From a virus: a stretch of 64,000 nt of DNA. The notes below the pieces were generated by a model, which worked only from the letters and a program-made list of their open reading frames with translations, ran no database searches and was not told where the DNA came from. Location: positions 53,816-117,815 of IMG/VR virus record IMGVR_UViG_3300031413_000003, one strand, 5' to 3'. The translations under genes and the position numbers were made by a program. Below are positions 29,123 to 39,529 of this stretch, one piece after another; within the stretch, counting starts at the first letter, position 1, and each line of letters opens with the position of its first letter.

Positions 29123-29722
29123 TTACGAAGCGGCCGGAGTAGATTCACCACCGGTTGAACCACCTGCGTCACTACCGGTTCCAGTATCGGTGTCAGAACC
29201 GCCTTCACTGGGGGTGGGAGTTTCTACCGGATCCAATACCGTAGACGGCCAACCGTTATCCAGCATGGTGATATCAAACGCATCCGCGTCAATCAGTTCA
29301 CGGATATCTTTTTCGTGAGCATAACACGCCAAAGTATATTCCATGACTTTATTGAACAACGCCTTCATCTCTTCCAACGTCAACTGGACATAACTGCCGT
29401 CTTGGAGTTTGAAGTCAGTGGATGCTGGCGCGTATTGAATGAGTGCCATCAGCGCCATACGAGCACGATCATCTGTGTCGTAAACCTTGCCGCCCCACGT
29501 TACACCCATTTCTTCGCGCGCCAGGCGATTGACTTCAACCTGCGCAATATAACGTGCGCGATTCAACACCCACGCGTATTGCCCGAAGTTCCAGTCCCAC
29601 AGCGAAGAGTATTCGTCGGGCTTTTTGGTGCACTCCGCGTAACCCCATGGTGACATATTGTCCGCGCTGGGCGTATAATCGGATCCGTCATAACGAATCC
29701 AGTAACGCATGCTATCGTCCAT
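29123..29722 (-). CDS. Tail fibre assembly/chaperone-like protein (DUF4376-like)
   Basis: RLAREEMGVTWGGKVYDTDDRAR...FKLQDGSYVQLTLEEM..L...V.EYTLACY; lies downstream of fibre genes. Confidence 0.7.
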   Translation of the reverse strand: MDDSMRYWIRYDGSDYTPSADNMSPWGYAECTKKPDEYSSLWDWNFGQYAWVLNRARYIAQVEVNRLAREEMGVTWGGKVYDTDDRARMALMALIQYAPASTDFKLQDGSYVQLTLEEMKALFNKVMEYTLACYAHEKDIRELIDADAFDITMLDNGWPSTVLDPVETPTPSEGGSDTDTGTGSDAGGSTGGESTPAAS

Positions 29723-29745
29723 CTTTACTCCCTTGTCAATGATAC

Positions 29746-32151
29746 TTATAAGAACTGGTAAGCCAGTTTGTAATTGCCCGCTGTCACTGTTTTGAAACTC
29801 AACACACCCACACCGCGCGCAATTTCAACTTCCGCAGGTGTTTGCAACTTCCAGTTAGAACGGAGGTCACCTGTCACACTCGCGAAACTGAAAACGGATG
29901 CAGTCACTGCCGCGCCGTTTACCAACACACCCACAAAACCCAGATTGTCAACTTTGTCGTTATACAACAATGCCAAGTTAGCCGCCGTTAACGCATTCAA
30001 TACCGTACGCTTGTTGCCTTTACTTAACAAGGTAGCGGTGTCAGTAGGAATGTCACCTGTTAATGCTAAGGTGTCCCATGACGTGCCGTTCCAGGTGAAG
30101 TAATCAGTGCCGTTGCGCGTGACCGCCAAATAAAGCTCACCACCCGTTTGCGCATTGAAACTGAACGTTAAAGCCGAAAGCTTTTGGTAATTACTAATGG
30201 CAAAAGGTGCTTTGGTTTTAAAGAATCCGTTCACAGGCGTTACGGTTAATTTCACAGGCGATGCACCGGTGGAAACAACGTCCAGTGGTAACAGACTCGC
30301 GACCGAGGCAGTAGTCTTCGTCGGCAAACTAGAAAAGCCAGCACCTGATACGACGCCTGATGCGGCAATGGTTGTTAACGCATTGCTTGCATTTAACGTG
30401 TAATAGACACCGTTTTTATCGCGTAAGAAAAGGTTCTTCTCAACAGCGAAGGTAAATGTCAGTTCATCAACACGCAACCAGCTAGCGGTACTGTCCGCTT
30501 TCGTGATTAACATGCGATAGCTTTTGTATGCTTTGTTCGCCGTTAAGGTGAAATCCATCCGGGCCGTGCGGGACGGAGTGTAGTTGGTTTTGGTGTCCAG
30601 ATCTGTCCAGGTGTTGTCATCATTACGCCCTTGGATTTTCCAGCTGGATGGGGCGTTACCGTCACCATTTAAAGAGGTTAAAGAATAACCAATCGGAATG
30701 TTGTTCCAAGTTGAAGGCGGGGTAATCATCAACCACTGAGGGTTTGCATCGGTGGGAGCCCCGGTGCCACTTTGACTACACCAGTAACTTCCACTTCCCG
30801 TGGTGCCGTTAAAGGCTCTGAACACATCATACCCCACACTATAAATCGATGAACCAGAAACCGTAATACCGTTTTCTGAATTCGAAGAAACCAGATACGG
30901 TAACGTTGCACCCTGGGTAGAGTCGAGTTTGAAGTCACTACCGTTGAGCTTTAACCCCGCACGGTATAGAGATCCTTCTTTACTCATCGTCAAGGTTTCG
31001 CCGATATACAAGCTCAGACCATTGTTAAAAACCAGGTTCGGAGTTTGGTCGTAATTGCCGGCGTTGCCCACTGGGAACGTTTCGATTGGGGTAATCTGTC
31101 CGGTTGCGCCTGCGATTTCTTTTAGTGCGTAAGCAGCAAAAGAGTACGAGCCATTTTCCTGGAACCCGAAATTGTGCGTTTGCCCTGCGATGGCATTTTG
31201 ACGATCAGCCACAATAAATGCAGCTAAAGGTGTTCCGCCGTTTAACAGGTCAATCGTTACTTTCTTGGTGTTGGGGTCAGTGGTTAAAGAGATACCACGC
31301 CCTGGAACCAGGTTCTTAGAAGACGATTGTGATAACGCATCGGCTAGCAGGTTAACGTCAGTGATCTCGTGTTTATGGACTTTAGCTGCCGCCCCCAGAT
31401 CATCAGGAACCAAAGTAAGGTTGCCTGCACCCAACAGCGACTTGCCCGCTAACGTAAGCAGATTAGTACCGCTAACCAGTTTATCCTGCTTGGCCGACCA
31501 TCCTGCTTTTTCGGTAGGAGAAGTAAAGACACGGGTCGCGGTTTCAGTGATTTGATCAGCAGTGTAATCTCCTGACTGAGCCGTGATATTACCTGTGCGA
31601 TTGAAAACACGACTTACGCCAGAAACTGTAGCGGCCTGGCCCTGTACCCAATTACCCGCAACGGCGGGATCCAAATTACCATTCAGGTAGAACAAAGTAT
31701 CGATGTCTACCTGAGCTGCAATGGTTAAGTTAGACGTTTTAGGTAAAGCCAAACGAGCTGCCTGATTTGCCACTGCAACGTAGCTGCTTTGAATCAGATC
31801 CAGGTACATCGACGGGATCTTTCCAGACGCATCTAACAATACGGCGCCGTTGGGTAAATTAGCACCCTGTAATTGCAGATAACGCCCGTCACCATCTGCA
31901 GCTTTTAAATACTGAGGATGAGCGTCGGGATCCACCGAGTGCTGAGAGATCTTGTTAGCCGCATCACCTTTAGGGTCGGCACCTACATCAGCTGGACCGA
32001 GCTGGTTAATTTTTTCGTTAAGGAATTTGGTACGGTTAGCTAAAGCAATCCCTTGTTTGTTAGCCGCACCATTCAGACCACCCAAGACCGATTCACCCAC
32101 CTCGATAAGGGGAACCGTGTCAAAAGTGCTTTTATCAACAATATCTGTCAT
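29746..32151 (-). CDS. Tail fibre protein with discoidin (F5/8 type C)-like carbohydrate-binding domain
   Basis: N-terminal GG.NGAANKQ..ALANRTKFL anchor, DPDAHPQY, GV..VFNRTG repeat, PSSWKIQGRND...WTDLD...YKSYRMLIT discoidin motif. Confidence 0.8.
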   Translation of the reverse strand: MTDIVDKSTFDTVPLIEVGESVLGGLNGAANKQGIALANRTKFLNEKINQLGPADVGADPKGDAANKISQHSVDPDAHPQYLKAADGDGRYLQLQGANLPNGAVLLDASGKIPSMYLDLIQSSYVAVANQAARLALPKTSNLTIAAQVDIDTLFYLNGNLDPAVAGNWVQGQAATVSGVSRVFNRTGNITAQSGDYTADQITETATRVFTSPTEKAGWSAKQDKLVSGTNLLTLAGKSLLGAGNLTLVPDDLGAAAKVHKHEITDVNLLADALSQSSSKNLVPGRGISLTTDPNTKKVTIDLLNGGTPLAAFIVADRQNAIAGQTHNFGFQENGSYSFAAYALKEIAGATGQITPIETFPVGNAGNYDQTPNLVFNNGLSLYIGETLTMSKEGSLYRAGLKLNGSDFKLDSTQGATLPYLVSSNSENGITVSGSSIYSVGYDVFRAFNGTTGSGSYWCSQSGTGAPTDANPQWLMITPPSTWNNIPIGYSLTSLNGDGNAPSSWKIQGRNDDNTWTDLDTKTNYTPSRTARMDFTLTANKAYKSYRMLITKADSTASWLRVDELTFTFAVEKNLFLRDKNGVYYTLNASNALTTIAASGVVSGAGFSSLPTKTTASVASLLPLDVVSTGASPVKLTVTPVNGFFKTKAPFAISNYQKLSALTFSFNAQTGGELYLAVTRNGTDYFTWNGTSWDTLALTGDIPTDTATLLSKGNKRTVLNALTAANLALLYNDKVDNLGFVGVLVNGAAVTASVFSFASVTGDLRSNWKLQTPAEVEIARGVGVLSFKTVTAGNYKLAYQFL

Positions 32152-32222
32152 AGTGCTTTCCTGGTTTAATATTTATGGTGTACATAGGATTTTGTAAGGT
32201 GGAGGGGTCCCCACCTTATAGG

Positions 32223-34097
32223 TTAAGGAATCTGGTAACCCAGAATATAATCGCCCGCGGCTATTGTTTTAAAAGTCAAACCAGCACGGTTCCAACGGAT
32301 CTCTACTTCTGCCGGTGTCTGTAACTTATAGACGTTGACATTGTCGACATTCACCGCCGCACTGTTAAGTGTTACTGTGTCAGTCAAGGTTGGTTTAAGC
32401 AGACCAAATGCAAAGCCTAAGTAATCTGGCATCCCACCCATATCAGCATAGAAGCTCGCCCACTGTGCTTTGGTAATCGCATTGATTTGAGCAAGAGTCA
32501 TTCCGTTGCTTTGCATCAAGTTAGCGCCCGCCTGATCAAAGGTTAGTGTTACCTTGACCCACGCACCACTGCCGTCGAGGTAGAAGTAGTCAGTGAGGTT
32601 ACGTGTTAACATCCCTTTGATGACACCGTTGTTGGTCACAGAACCCGTTACCGTCATGCTGTTAATAACCTGCCACTGTGTGCCGGCAATCAACGACTTC
32701 ATGGTCATCAATCTACTCAGATACAGTGAACGTGTCGTGATGGTTTGTTGAGACAAAGAAACGATCTGAGTAATGCCGGCGGCTGCCAAGTCAGATTGTT
32801 TAATGGCGCCTGAGCTACCAAATGCATTGCTGTTAAACAGAGCATCTGTGCTGGCATCAACCTGTGTCAATGTACCATTAACCGCTTTATAGAACGTGCT
32901 CTTGTCGGTAGTTGAGAGCAATCCCGTTTTGCTGGTAAAGATCTGCATACGGCGAATGTAGACAAATTTACTGTTGCCCACGCCCGCTGACGCATACACC
33001 AAAATGCGATAACTGGAATACGGCGTCTGATCCACAACAGGAATCTTGACTACCGCACCGGCATTAACATTGCTGTTGGTTTGTTCAGCATCAATGTTGA
33101 CCCACGTTGTCCCGTCGTTAGAACCCTGGAACTGGAATGACGACGGTGTAGCCATGTCACCATTCATGCGGTTCTGGAAAGAGTAGGCGTTGATCTTAAC
33201 CGCCTTGTCCATCTTGATGCCAAGCCATTGAGGTGCTGATCGTGTCGGGACACTTGCAGAAGCCCAACCTTCTTCACCACTGCTCCCCGTCGCCATGTCA
33301 GAAAACGCATGCCATTGGGGGAAGCTGATGCCAGTATTCCAGGCGCTTGAAGCGATAGCCTGGAATGCCGCGTTACCGGTGTTCGAAGTTAAGACTGGAA
33401 CATAACCTGAACTGTCGAAATCGATAACAATCTTGTCACCTGCCAAAGGAATACCGGTGGTATAAAAACGAGTGTTGTCGTAGTTTAAGGCCACTGTGTA
33501 TAAGTTTTCCAGGTTAACACCGCTACTGGTGAACTGAACCCCACCCATGATGTTGTAACGTCCCACGGCTGCAGCGTTAAACACGTCCAGTGTTAAGTTC
33601 TGATTCGCGGCTCCCGCTTCTTTTTTCAAGGCGTAAGCCTGGTACTTGTACGAGTTAATTGCTTGGGTAACAAAAGAAAACGTCTGTCCCGCCACTGCGC
33701 CGTTGCGTTCAAAGGTCAGAAAGTCGTTGGCACCCGGCATGTCCGCCAACTGCTTAGCCGCAATCAGAATCTGATTCTTAGCCGGATCATAACCAATCGT
33801 AACACCTGCACCCGGTTTAATAATCTTGGTCATTAAGTCACTGACGTGAGGATCCAAATCGGTGACATCTGCTGAGACGTGTAAATGAGCCGCCTTAGCT
33901 GCTCCAATTTTGTCCGGCGTTGTATTTGCAATATCGGTCGCGTTTTTCTCTGCGGCTGCTTTTAAGAACTGTGTGCGGTTAGCTAAAGCAATAGCTTGCT
34001 TGTTTGCCGCGCCATCAGCGCCACCTTTCACCTGATCGCCGACATCGATCAATGGAACATCATCGAAAGTGCCGGTAGGTGTGATATTTGTTGCCAT
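32223..34097 (-). CDS. Tail fibre protein with discoidin-like domain, paralog of 29746
   Basis: Same N-anchor, PSSFQFQGSNDGTTW motif, shared C-terminal KLQTPAEVEI. Confidence 0.8.
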   Translation of the reverse strand: MATNITPTGTFDDVPLIDVGDQVKGGADGAANKQAIALANRTQFLKAAAEKNATDIANTTPDKIGAAKAAHLHVSADVTDLDPHVSDLMTKIIKPGAGVTIGYDPAKNQILIAAKQLADMPGANDFLTFERNGAVAGQTFSFVTQAINSYKYQAYALKKEAGAANQNLTLDVFNAAAVGRYNIMGGVQFTSSGVNLENLYTVALNYDNTRFYTTGIPLAGDKIVIDFDSSGYVPVLTSNTGNAAFQAIASSAWNTGISFPQWHAFSDMATGSSGEEGWASASVPTRSAPQWLGIKMDKAVKINAYSFQNRMNGDMATPSSFQFQGSNDGTTWVNIDAEQTNSNVNAGAVVKIPVVDQTPYSSYRILVYASAGVGNSKFVYIRRMQIFTSKTGLLSTTDKSTFYKAVNGTLTQVDASTDALFNSNAFGSSGAIKQSDLAAAGITQIVSLSQQTITTRSLYLSRLMTMKSLIAGTQWQVINSMTVTGSVTNNGVIKGMLTRNLTDYFYLDGSGAWVKVTLTFDQAGANLMQSNGMTLAQINAITKAQWASFYADMGGMPDYLGFAFGLLKPTLTDTVTLNSAAVNVDNVNVYKLQTPAEVEIRWNRAGLTFKTIAAGDYILGYQIP

Positions 34098-34116
34098 GAT
34101 GTTCTTTCCTCAATGC

Positions 34117-34704
34117 TTAGTAAGTCATGGTGCCGTCGTATTTGTAAGTTCCGTCATAAAGAAACTCAGTGATAGCGGACTGTAAGATTTTGATGGTGTC
34201 GACAAATGTTTTGGCTGCGACTAAAACTTCAGCGCCGTTGTTCAATTTGGTAAACGTCGCGTCGGTTAAATCAAACAAACACGCCGCCTTAATAACAGCA
34301 ATGCCGTCGTCGTAAAGACTGGTAGGTGCGCGTACAACAACTGCACAAGCAACACGTGCCGGCGAAAAGTTCGTGTCATTATAGAAGTAAAGACCCGTCT
34401 TGTTTTTGCTTGTCAGATCCGCTTCATTAACAGGTGTAGCATCTGCTGGCTTTGAAACCAGTGGACTGGCAAAATCCAGGGTGTAATACTTTTGAGCATG
34501 GGCGACGAGTTTCTTTGTTACATCCATGTCAACGGTTTGCTGAACGGGACCATCGGCGATTTGAGTCGACTGCCAGTTAGAAAAGGTGATATCGGACAGG
34601 GAGAGGTTATTCAGAATGTTGAGAGAGAAGGGGTCGTTCTTATAACGCTCTTTGTTGATCAACAGGAAACGATCCAAGAAAAGCTGAAGGGGATTACCGC
34701 TCAT
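34117..34704 (-). CDS. Putative virion/tail adaptor protein with C-terminal YDG repeats
   Basis: N-terminus like 13584; ends YDGTYKYDGTMTY. Confidence 0.6.
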   Translation of the reverse strand: MSGNPLQLFLDRFLLINKERYKNDPFSLNILNNLSLSDITFSNWQSTQIADGPVQQTVDMDVTKKLVAHAQKYYTLDFASPLVSKPADATPVNEADLTSKNKTGLYFYNDTNFSPARVACAVVVRAPTSLYDDGIAVIKAACLFDLTDATFTKLNNGAEVLVAAKTFVDTIKILQSAITEFLYDGTYKYDGTMTY

Positions 34705-34802
34705 GTGAACCTCTTGTGTGTATAAATAAAGGAGACTAAGACATAAAATTCAGGACATGAAAGAAATAACCCCGAGGTTTCCCCCAGGGCTATTTTTAAA
34801 AG

Positions 34803-35732
34803 TTAACCTTCTATATCCAACACGTAAATCGGCCAGAACGCTCGCGCACCACCGTTTGATATCGTCGCCACCGATAAATCATAAGCGCGGAAAATACAAA
34901 GAAAATTTGTCGTATCCGCGCCATTGATAACAGCGGTTGCCGTATGGGCATAGTTGTTAAAATAACTTATGTCCAATAACTCGTTGTCCGACATTTGCGG
35001 CAAGAACGGGAAGTAGGATTGTGCCGGGTAATACTGGTTAGAGTTCCAGAAGATCGACAACAGCGCCGCAAATTCAGAAGTGAAAAATGAATCCGGGTAA
35101 GAAGTCAATCGATTACTGGTAAATGCCAACGATCCGTCTGCTGCTTTACTGCCGCGGTCATCCATAAAGGGTGGGCGAATAAAGTAACTAAAATCCCCCT
35201 TGGTCATCCGTAACAGTTCTTTGTCCGGCTGATCGATCTGCGGAAGGACCTTTTGGGCGCGCAGCTGATTGACGGTAAAGACACTGGTTGTTAATGGACA
35301 ACCTGGAATGAAAATAATCTTTCCATTGGCAATGAATTTGTGTAGCTTCTTGTTTGCAACGGTGGAGGCAGAAGCGGTTCCAAACCCAGTCTTAGTGCCA
35401 ATATCAGAAAAAGACGGTAGTTCACCTAACGCTACTTCTCCGAAATACCCAAGACCCCAATCCCCTCGTAATAACTTCTGGCCACCAGGACCTGTTTTTT
35501 CAAAGCTTGCTAACGGATTTTCCACAGATGCGGTTTTGTCATCACCTATGTAAGCAATCGTACTGTACCAATAAACCCGGTTAACATCAGCGGCAGTATC
35601 TTCATAAGCCAATGCTGTCGGTGCAACGGTAGCAAGGAGGGTTTTGTCTCCCCCTCGCTTTTCAGCACGATATACTTCGATCTTCGTCAGCTCGCTTTGA
35701 TTGGGGTTTAACCAATCGAAAACTATTGACAT
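34803..35732 (-). CDS. Virion structural protein, phiKZ gp131-135-like paralog family
   Basis: FN3-like N-terminus (W...IEVYR...YED...YWY), LLRGDWGLGYFGEV, HKFIANGKIIFIP, C-terminal WPIYVL. Confidence 0.7.
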   Translation of the reverse strand: MSIVFDWLNPNQSELTKIEVYRAEKRGGDKTLLATVAPTALAYEDTAADVNRVYWYSTIAYIGDDKTASVENPLASFEKTGPGGQKLLRGDWGLGYFGEVALGELPSFSDIGTKTGFGTASASTVANKKLHKFIANGKIIFIPGCPLTTSVFTVNQLRAQKVLPQIDQPDKELLRMTKGDFSYFIRPPFMDDRGSKAADGSLAFTSNRLTSYPDSFFTSEFAALLSIFWNSNQYYPAQSYFPFLPQMSDNELLDISYFNNYAHTATAVINGADTTNFLCIFRAYDLSVATISNGGARAFWPIYVLDIEG

Positions 35733-35742
35733 GATCTAATCC

Positions 35743-36651
35743 TTACAGAACAAGTTCCAGCACCGGCCAAATGCGCAGGGTATTACCTGAAATAGATGAT
35801 ACGCTACCGTTGGCCTGAATAACCTGAATCGCAGAGGTGTTAGCAGAATCAGTTGCGCCTACAGGAACATAAGCCGCAAACGTGTTAACGTCTAACAAAC
35901 GCATGCGTGTGGTATTTTGAGCGTTGGTGTCGATCGTGCTGTTCACCAGGGCGGGATTGTTCGCACCCATTGAATAACTGAACATCGAGATCATCATCCC
36001 CGCTTCGCTGCTCTGGAAGTCGTCCTTGGTTGTGTCTGGCGTAAATGCAGTTAAGTATTTGCTGTCATCCAGAGAAGCGTGAGGAATGCGGTAACGGTAC
36101 TGCCATCCGCCATTTTCTAACAGCCAACTGTCTTTCACCGTCATGGCGATGCCGTTAGCAGGAAGAATGGCGGAAGTAACTGCTTGCCCCTGGTAAGTGA
36201 TATAACGATCGGGGATAAAGATAATTTTCCCGTTGACAATGAACTTATGCCACACCGTTAATGCAGTGGTCAGTGCATTACCTGTCGCACCCTTGGCCGT
36301 CAACCAACCTTGGATTTGAGCGCTGGTAAAGAGGTCGGTTGGCGCAACTTCACCAAAGTAACCAAAGCTCCAGTCACCGCGCAACAACTTGGTAGGGCCC
36401 ACTCCCGTTTCAGGGAAATAACCCACGGCAAATGGTTCACCAAAGGTTTCCACGCCATCGGTATCAACGCTGGAGATAGAGAACCAGTAAGTCACGTTAC
36501 GCACGGCGTCGTCGTACGTTTTGCTCAGTACATCCTTGCTAACTTCCGTCATATCAGTAGGCAGGGTTGCATTAGTAAAACGCTTAGTGCCGCGATAAAT
36601 GCGGTATTTTGCCGCGCCATCCGCGGCTTTCCAGTTTACTGTTAAAGACAT
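35743..36651 (-). CDS. Virion structural protein, same paralog family
   Basis: LLRGDWSFGYFGEV, WHKFIVNGKIIFIP, WPVLEL. Confidence 0.7.
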   Translation of the reverse strand: MSLTVNWKAADGAAKYRIYRGTKRFTNATLPTDMTEVSKDVLSKTYDDAVRNVTYWFSISSVDTDGVETFGEPFAVGYFPETGVGPTKLLRGDWSFGYFGEVAPTDLFTSAQIQGWLTAKGATGNALTTALTVWHKFIVNGKIIFIPDRYITYQGQAVTSAILPANGIAMTVKDSWLLENGGWQYRYRIPHASLDDSKYLTAFTPDTTKDDFQSSEAGMMISMFSYSMGANNPALVNSTIDTNAQNTTRMRLLDVNTFAAYVPVGATDSANTSAIQVIQANGSVSSISGNTLRIWPVLELVL

Positions 36652-36654
36652 TTA

Positions 36655-37542
36655 TTAACCCTCGATCAGTTCTAATACAGGCCAGAACATCATGCTACTG
36701 GTTTTGTTCAGCAAGCGCGCGGCGCTCAAAGTAAGGCGGCTGTTACTGCCGTTACCGCGTGCCAAAGAGTAAGTGCCGTCAGCACTTTGCTCCGCCACCA
36801 TAACCTGCGGGTAGCTGTTCATGTTCAGCTGACTGTAGGACTGGTTTAACAGAGTAGGCAGACGCTGACCAATCGGGGTGAAAGAAAACAACGGGTACAT
36901 TAGGTCGTTAAATTCATTGACGTAACCCAATGTATCCATGTCGGTGTTCAAAGAAGTGGGGAGCGCCACGGAAGTGTCGTCATTCCAACCTTTTGGTAAA
37001 CGCAGCTTATATTTATTACCTTTTAAGGTAAGAGGTAAACCGGCGGCGTTGGCTACTGCACTTGACAGGATATTTGTCCCCGACATGTTCATGAGCAGGG
37101 GTTTATTGGGAACATACAGGATTTTCCCGTTACGGATATATTTGTACCAGAAAGTGGGTGCCGCATTCGTCCCCGCAATGCCGGTGGCCGTGATGAGGTC
37201 TGCTGCTCCAATCAGGTCATCCATTGGGAAGAAGCCCATGAAGCCCAGGTTGGCATCACCTACCAGAATTTTACTTGCACCCGCGCCGCGCGTCTCTGTA
37301 GCCTGTAAATAGAAGTTACGGCTCAGTTGACGGTCTTTAGTGCCGATGGTTTCAAACACGTAGTAATAAAACTTATCCTGGATGGCCGTAGGATCGGGAA
37401 CAACGATAGGATCACCTGTAACCTGACTGAGTGTTAACAGAGGTGTTGGGAGGTTTTCACGATCGATCTCGGTATCGCTACGGTAGATTTTCATATCTAC
37501 CGCACTGGTGTTGTTGTTTTTGAGTAAAAGGCGAATAGCCAT
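36655..37542 (-). CDS. Virion structural protein, same paralog family
   Basis: ILVGDANLGFMG, WYKYIRNGKILYVP, NEFNDLMY, WPVLEL. Confidence 0.7.
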   Translation of the reverse strand: MAIRLLLKNNNTSAVDMKIYRSDTEIDRENLPTPLLTLSQVTGDPIVVPDPTAIQDKFYYYVFETIGTKDRQLSRNFYLQATETRGAGASKILVGDANLGFMGFFPMDDLIGAADLITATGIAGTNAAPTFWYKYIRNGKILYVPNKPLLMNMSGTNILSSAVANAAGLPLTLKGNKYKLRLPKGWNDDTSVALPTSLNTDMDTLGYVNEFNDLMYPLFSFTPIGQRLPTLLNQSYSQLNMNSYPQVMVAEQSADGTYSLARGNGSNSRLTLSAARLLNKTSSMMFWPVLELIEG

Positions 37543-37552
37543 AAAAGTTTCC

Positions 37553-39529
37553 TTATTTACCTAATTCAGAATAATTGGTAGCGGGGACGATGACAGTGGC
37601 TGGGCGAGGAGCCGACGTTAATGCCCGAGGCGATGACAGCGCGCCAGTAACCACTCTCATACTGATTGGGTTACCTGAATAATCAATGGAAACAGACGGC
37701 AAAGGTGCTCGCACCACAGGTTTAATGGTTGGTGCGCCCAGAGTCTTAATCGTGTTCGTGTAAGCAAAGCTACTAAACGCTGGTGTTGCCAAGCGCGGAG
37801 TAACAACACGAACAGGCCGCACAGCATCACTTATCTCACTCGAGAAGCCTACCGGAGAAACACCTACGACGTCAATTATCGGGGTAACATATAACCCTTT
37901 AATCAAGTTTCCGTATGAGGTCGTTGCGGGAACTTGAGGTGTCAAGAACCGTGTATCGACTTTACGAACGGGGGTAACTGCGCCAGAAGCCACTACAGGG
38001 CCGGGAACTACCTTACCAGTGTAATAACGCGGAACTGGTGGTGAGTACAAGCCTTTGATCAGATCACCGTAACGATACCCATCACCCATTGGTGCCGGCT
38101 GGTAGTTACCGAAGTCTAATCCCATCACGCGAGTGATAGTATCGGAAATCACTGTGTCGTGATACAACGGTGCTGGTACTTTCTCATCTTTCGCAACCTG
38201 GAACGTGTAGATCCCGCTTACCGCTTCAATTGACGCATAATCAAACTCTGGCGGAAGAACACTTTGTGAAAGCACCGCGCGTTTAATAGGGTGAGCGTCA
38301 GTTACTCCATACGTGTTAGAATCAACAGGCTCTAAGCGCTTTGGTTCAGGCTGGAACCATGTAGGCTCCACAACGATCCCATTGGCGCCCTGCATGATCA
38401 ACACAGGTCGGAAACCACGGTTCAGGGTAACAAGAGTTAATAAGCTGGTGGTTTTAGACAGCACACCTGTATTCGCCCCTTGCCCACCGCGTATTACCGT
38501 GGATTGTAGAGTTAAATCAGAACGATAAATCCAGTTCCATTCCCCTTTATTTCGGGCGCCGGAACTTGCAGTGTACCCCATCCCCAACTCATTGTCAGAG
38601 AACTGCTCCCAGAATACTTTATCCGGGTCGCTGGCACTGACGTGATACAACAGATCTTCCCACTCATTAGTGCCATCAGCTTTGCTGTCTGACCTTGGTA
38701 TGCGGACATTATAGTTGTCCCCACCGATTTCAATAACACGATCACCTTTAACCAGACTTAAGTCAGCCAGGTCATTATAGGAAAGCATGTTTGCTGTCGG
38801 CTTCTGGGCAATCATCACGATTTTGCCGTTGTAGGAAAACTTCAACCACAAGTTATCACCGGTATACAGGATCTTGTCGTTGGAGATGCCCAGCAAAGAA
38901 GTGACTGCTTCAGGTGACATGAAGTCACGCGGGAGAACTTGCCCGTAATAGCCTTTTAACCATGTTCCGGCTTTTAACGAATAGGGATCACTACAAACCA
39001 GATAAAACTCACCATAAATGGTATCACCGTTTACCAACATGCGGTAAAGGTTATTGGAGAGCTGATCCTTAACGGTAATTTCGCTGGCTTTTAATTTGTA
39101 CTTCGATTGTGCATTGAGGTCGTCTAATGCGGCCTTCAAAATAACGCTGGTGTCGGTACTGATTAACGGAATAACTTGCACAGCCGTAGGAATCTTTTCT
39201 CCTATGGTTTTAAAACGATACAGTCCTCTAGATTTTGTTAATGAAATGTCTTCAAGTGTAGCGTAGAGCGTTTTATCACTAAAGTTCAACACCCGGTCAC
39301 CACCGATTGGAGCACACTCCCAGGATTGTTCCTCGGCCTCAATCTGCAGCGACGACGATGCCAAGTTCGCGACACGGCCCATGATCGGGTTGTTAGGATC
39401 AGTGGCAATGGTTTCGAATTGCATGGTGTCGACGGTGACTTTACCTAATCGATCGGTATAGTCAGGGTATCGCGCTTTGTTTACAGTGACAAATTTCTCT
39501 AGCATGATTTCGCGAGAATCTAACGCCAT
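37553..39529 (-). CDS. Multi-domain virion protein: 13584-like N-domain, gp131-family middle domain, Pro/Val-rich repetitive C-terminus
   Basis: GTWLKGYYGQV, WLKFSYNGK, NEWEDLLY, GFRPVL; repeated YG.LIKGLY; start reassigned to MALDSRE. Confidence 0.7.
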   Translation of the reverse strand: MALDSREIMLEKFVTVNKARYPDYTDRLGKVTVDTMQFETIATDPNNPIMGRVANLASSSLQIEAEEQSWECAPIGGDRVLNFSDKTLYATLEDISLTKSRGLYRFKTIGEKIPTAVQVIPLISTDTSVILKAALDDLNAQSKYKLKASEITVKDQLSNNLYRMLVNGDTIYGEFYLVCSDPYSLKAGTWLKGYYGQVLPRDFMSPEAVTSLLGISNDKILYTGDNLWLKFSYNGKIVMIAQKPTANMLSYNDLADLSLVKGDRVIEIGGDNYNVRIPRSDSKADGTNEWEDLLYHVSASDPDKVFWEQFSDNELGMGYTASSGARNKGEWNWIYRSDLTLQSTVIRGGQGANTGVLSKTTSLLTLVTLNRGFRPVLIMQGANGIVVEPTWFQPEPKRLEPVDSNTYGVTDAHPIKRAVLSQSVLPPEFDYASIEAVSGIYTFQVAKDEKVPAPLYHDTVISDTITRVMGLDFGNYQPAPMGDGYRYGDLIKGLYSPPVPRYYTGKVVPGPVVASGAVTPVRKVDTRFLTPQVPATTSYGNLIKGLYVTPIIDVVGVSPVGFSSEISDAVRPVRVVTPRLATPAFSSFAYTNTIKTLGAPTIKPVVRAPLPSVSIDYSGNPISMRVVTGALSSPRALTSAPRPATVIVPATNYSELGK

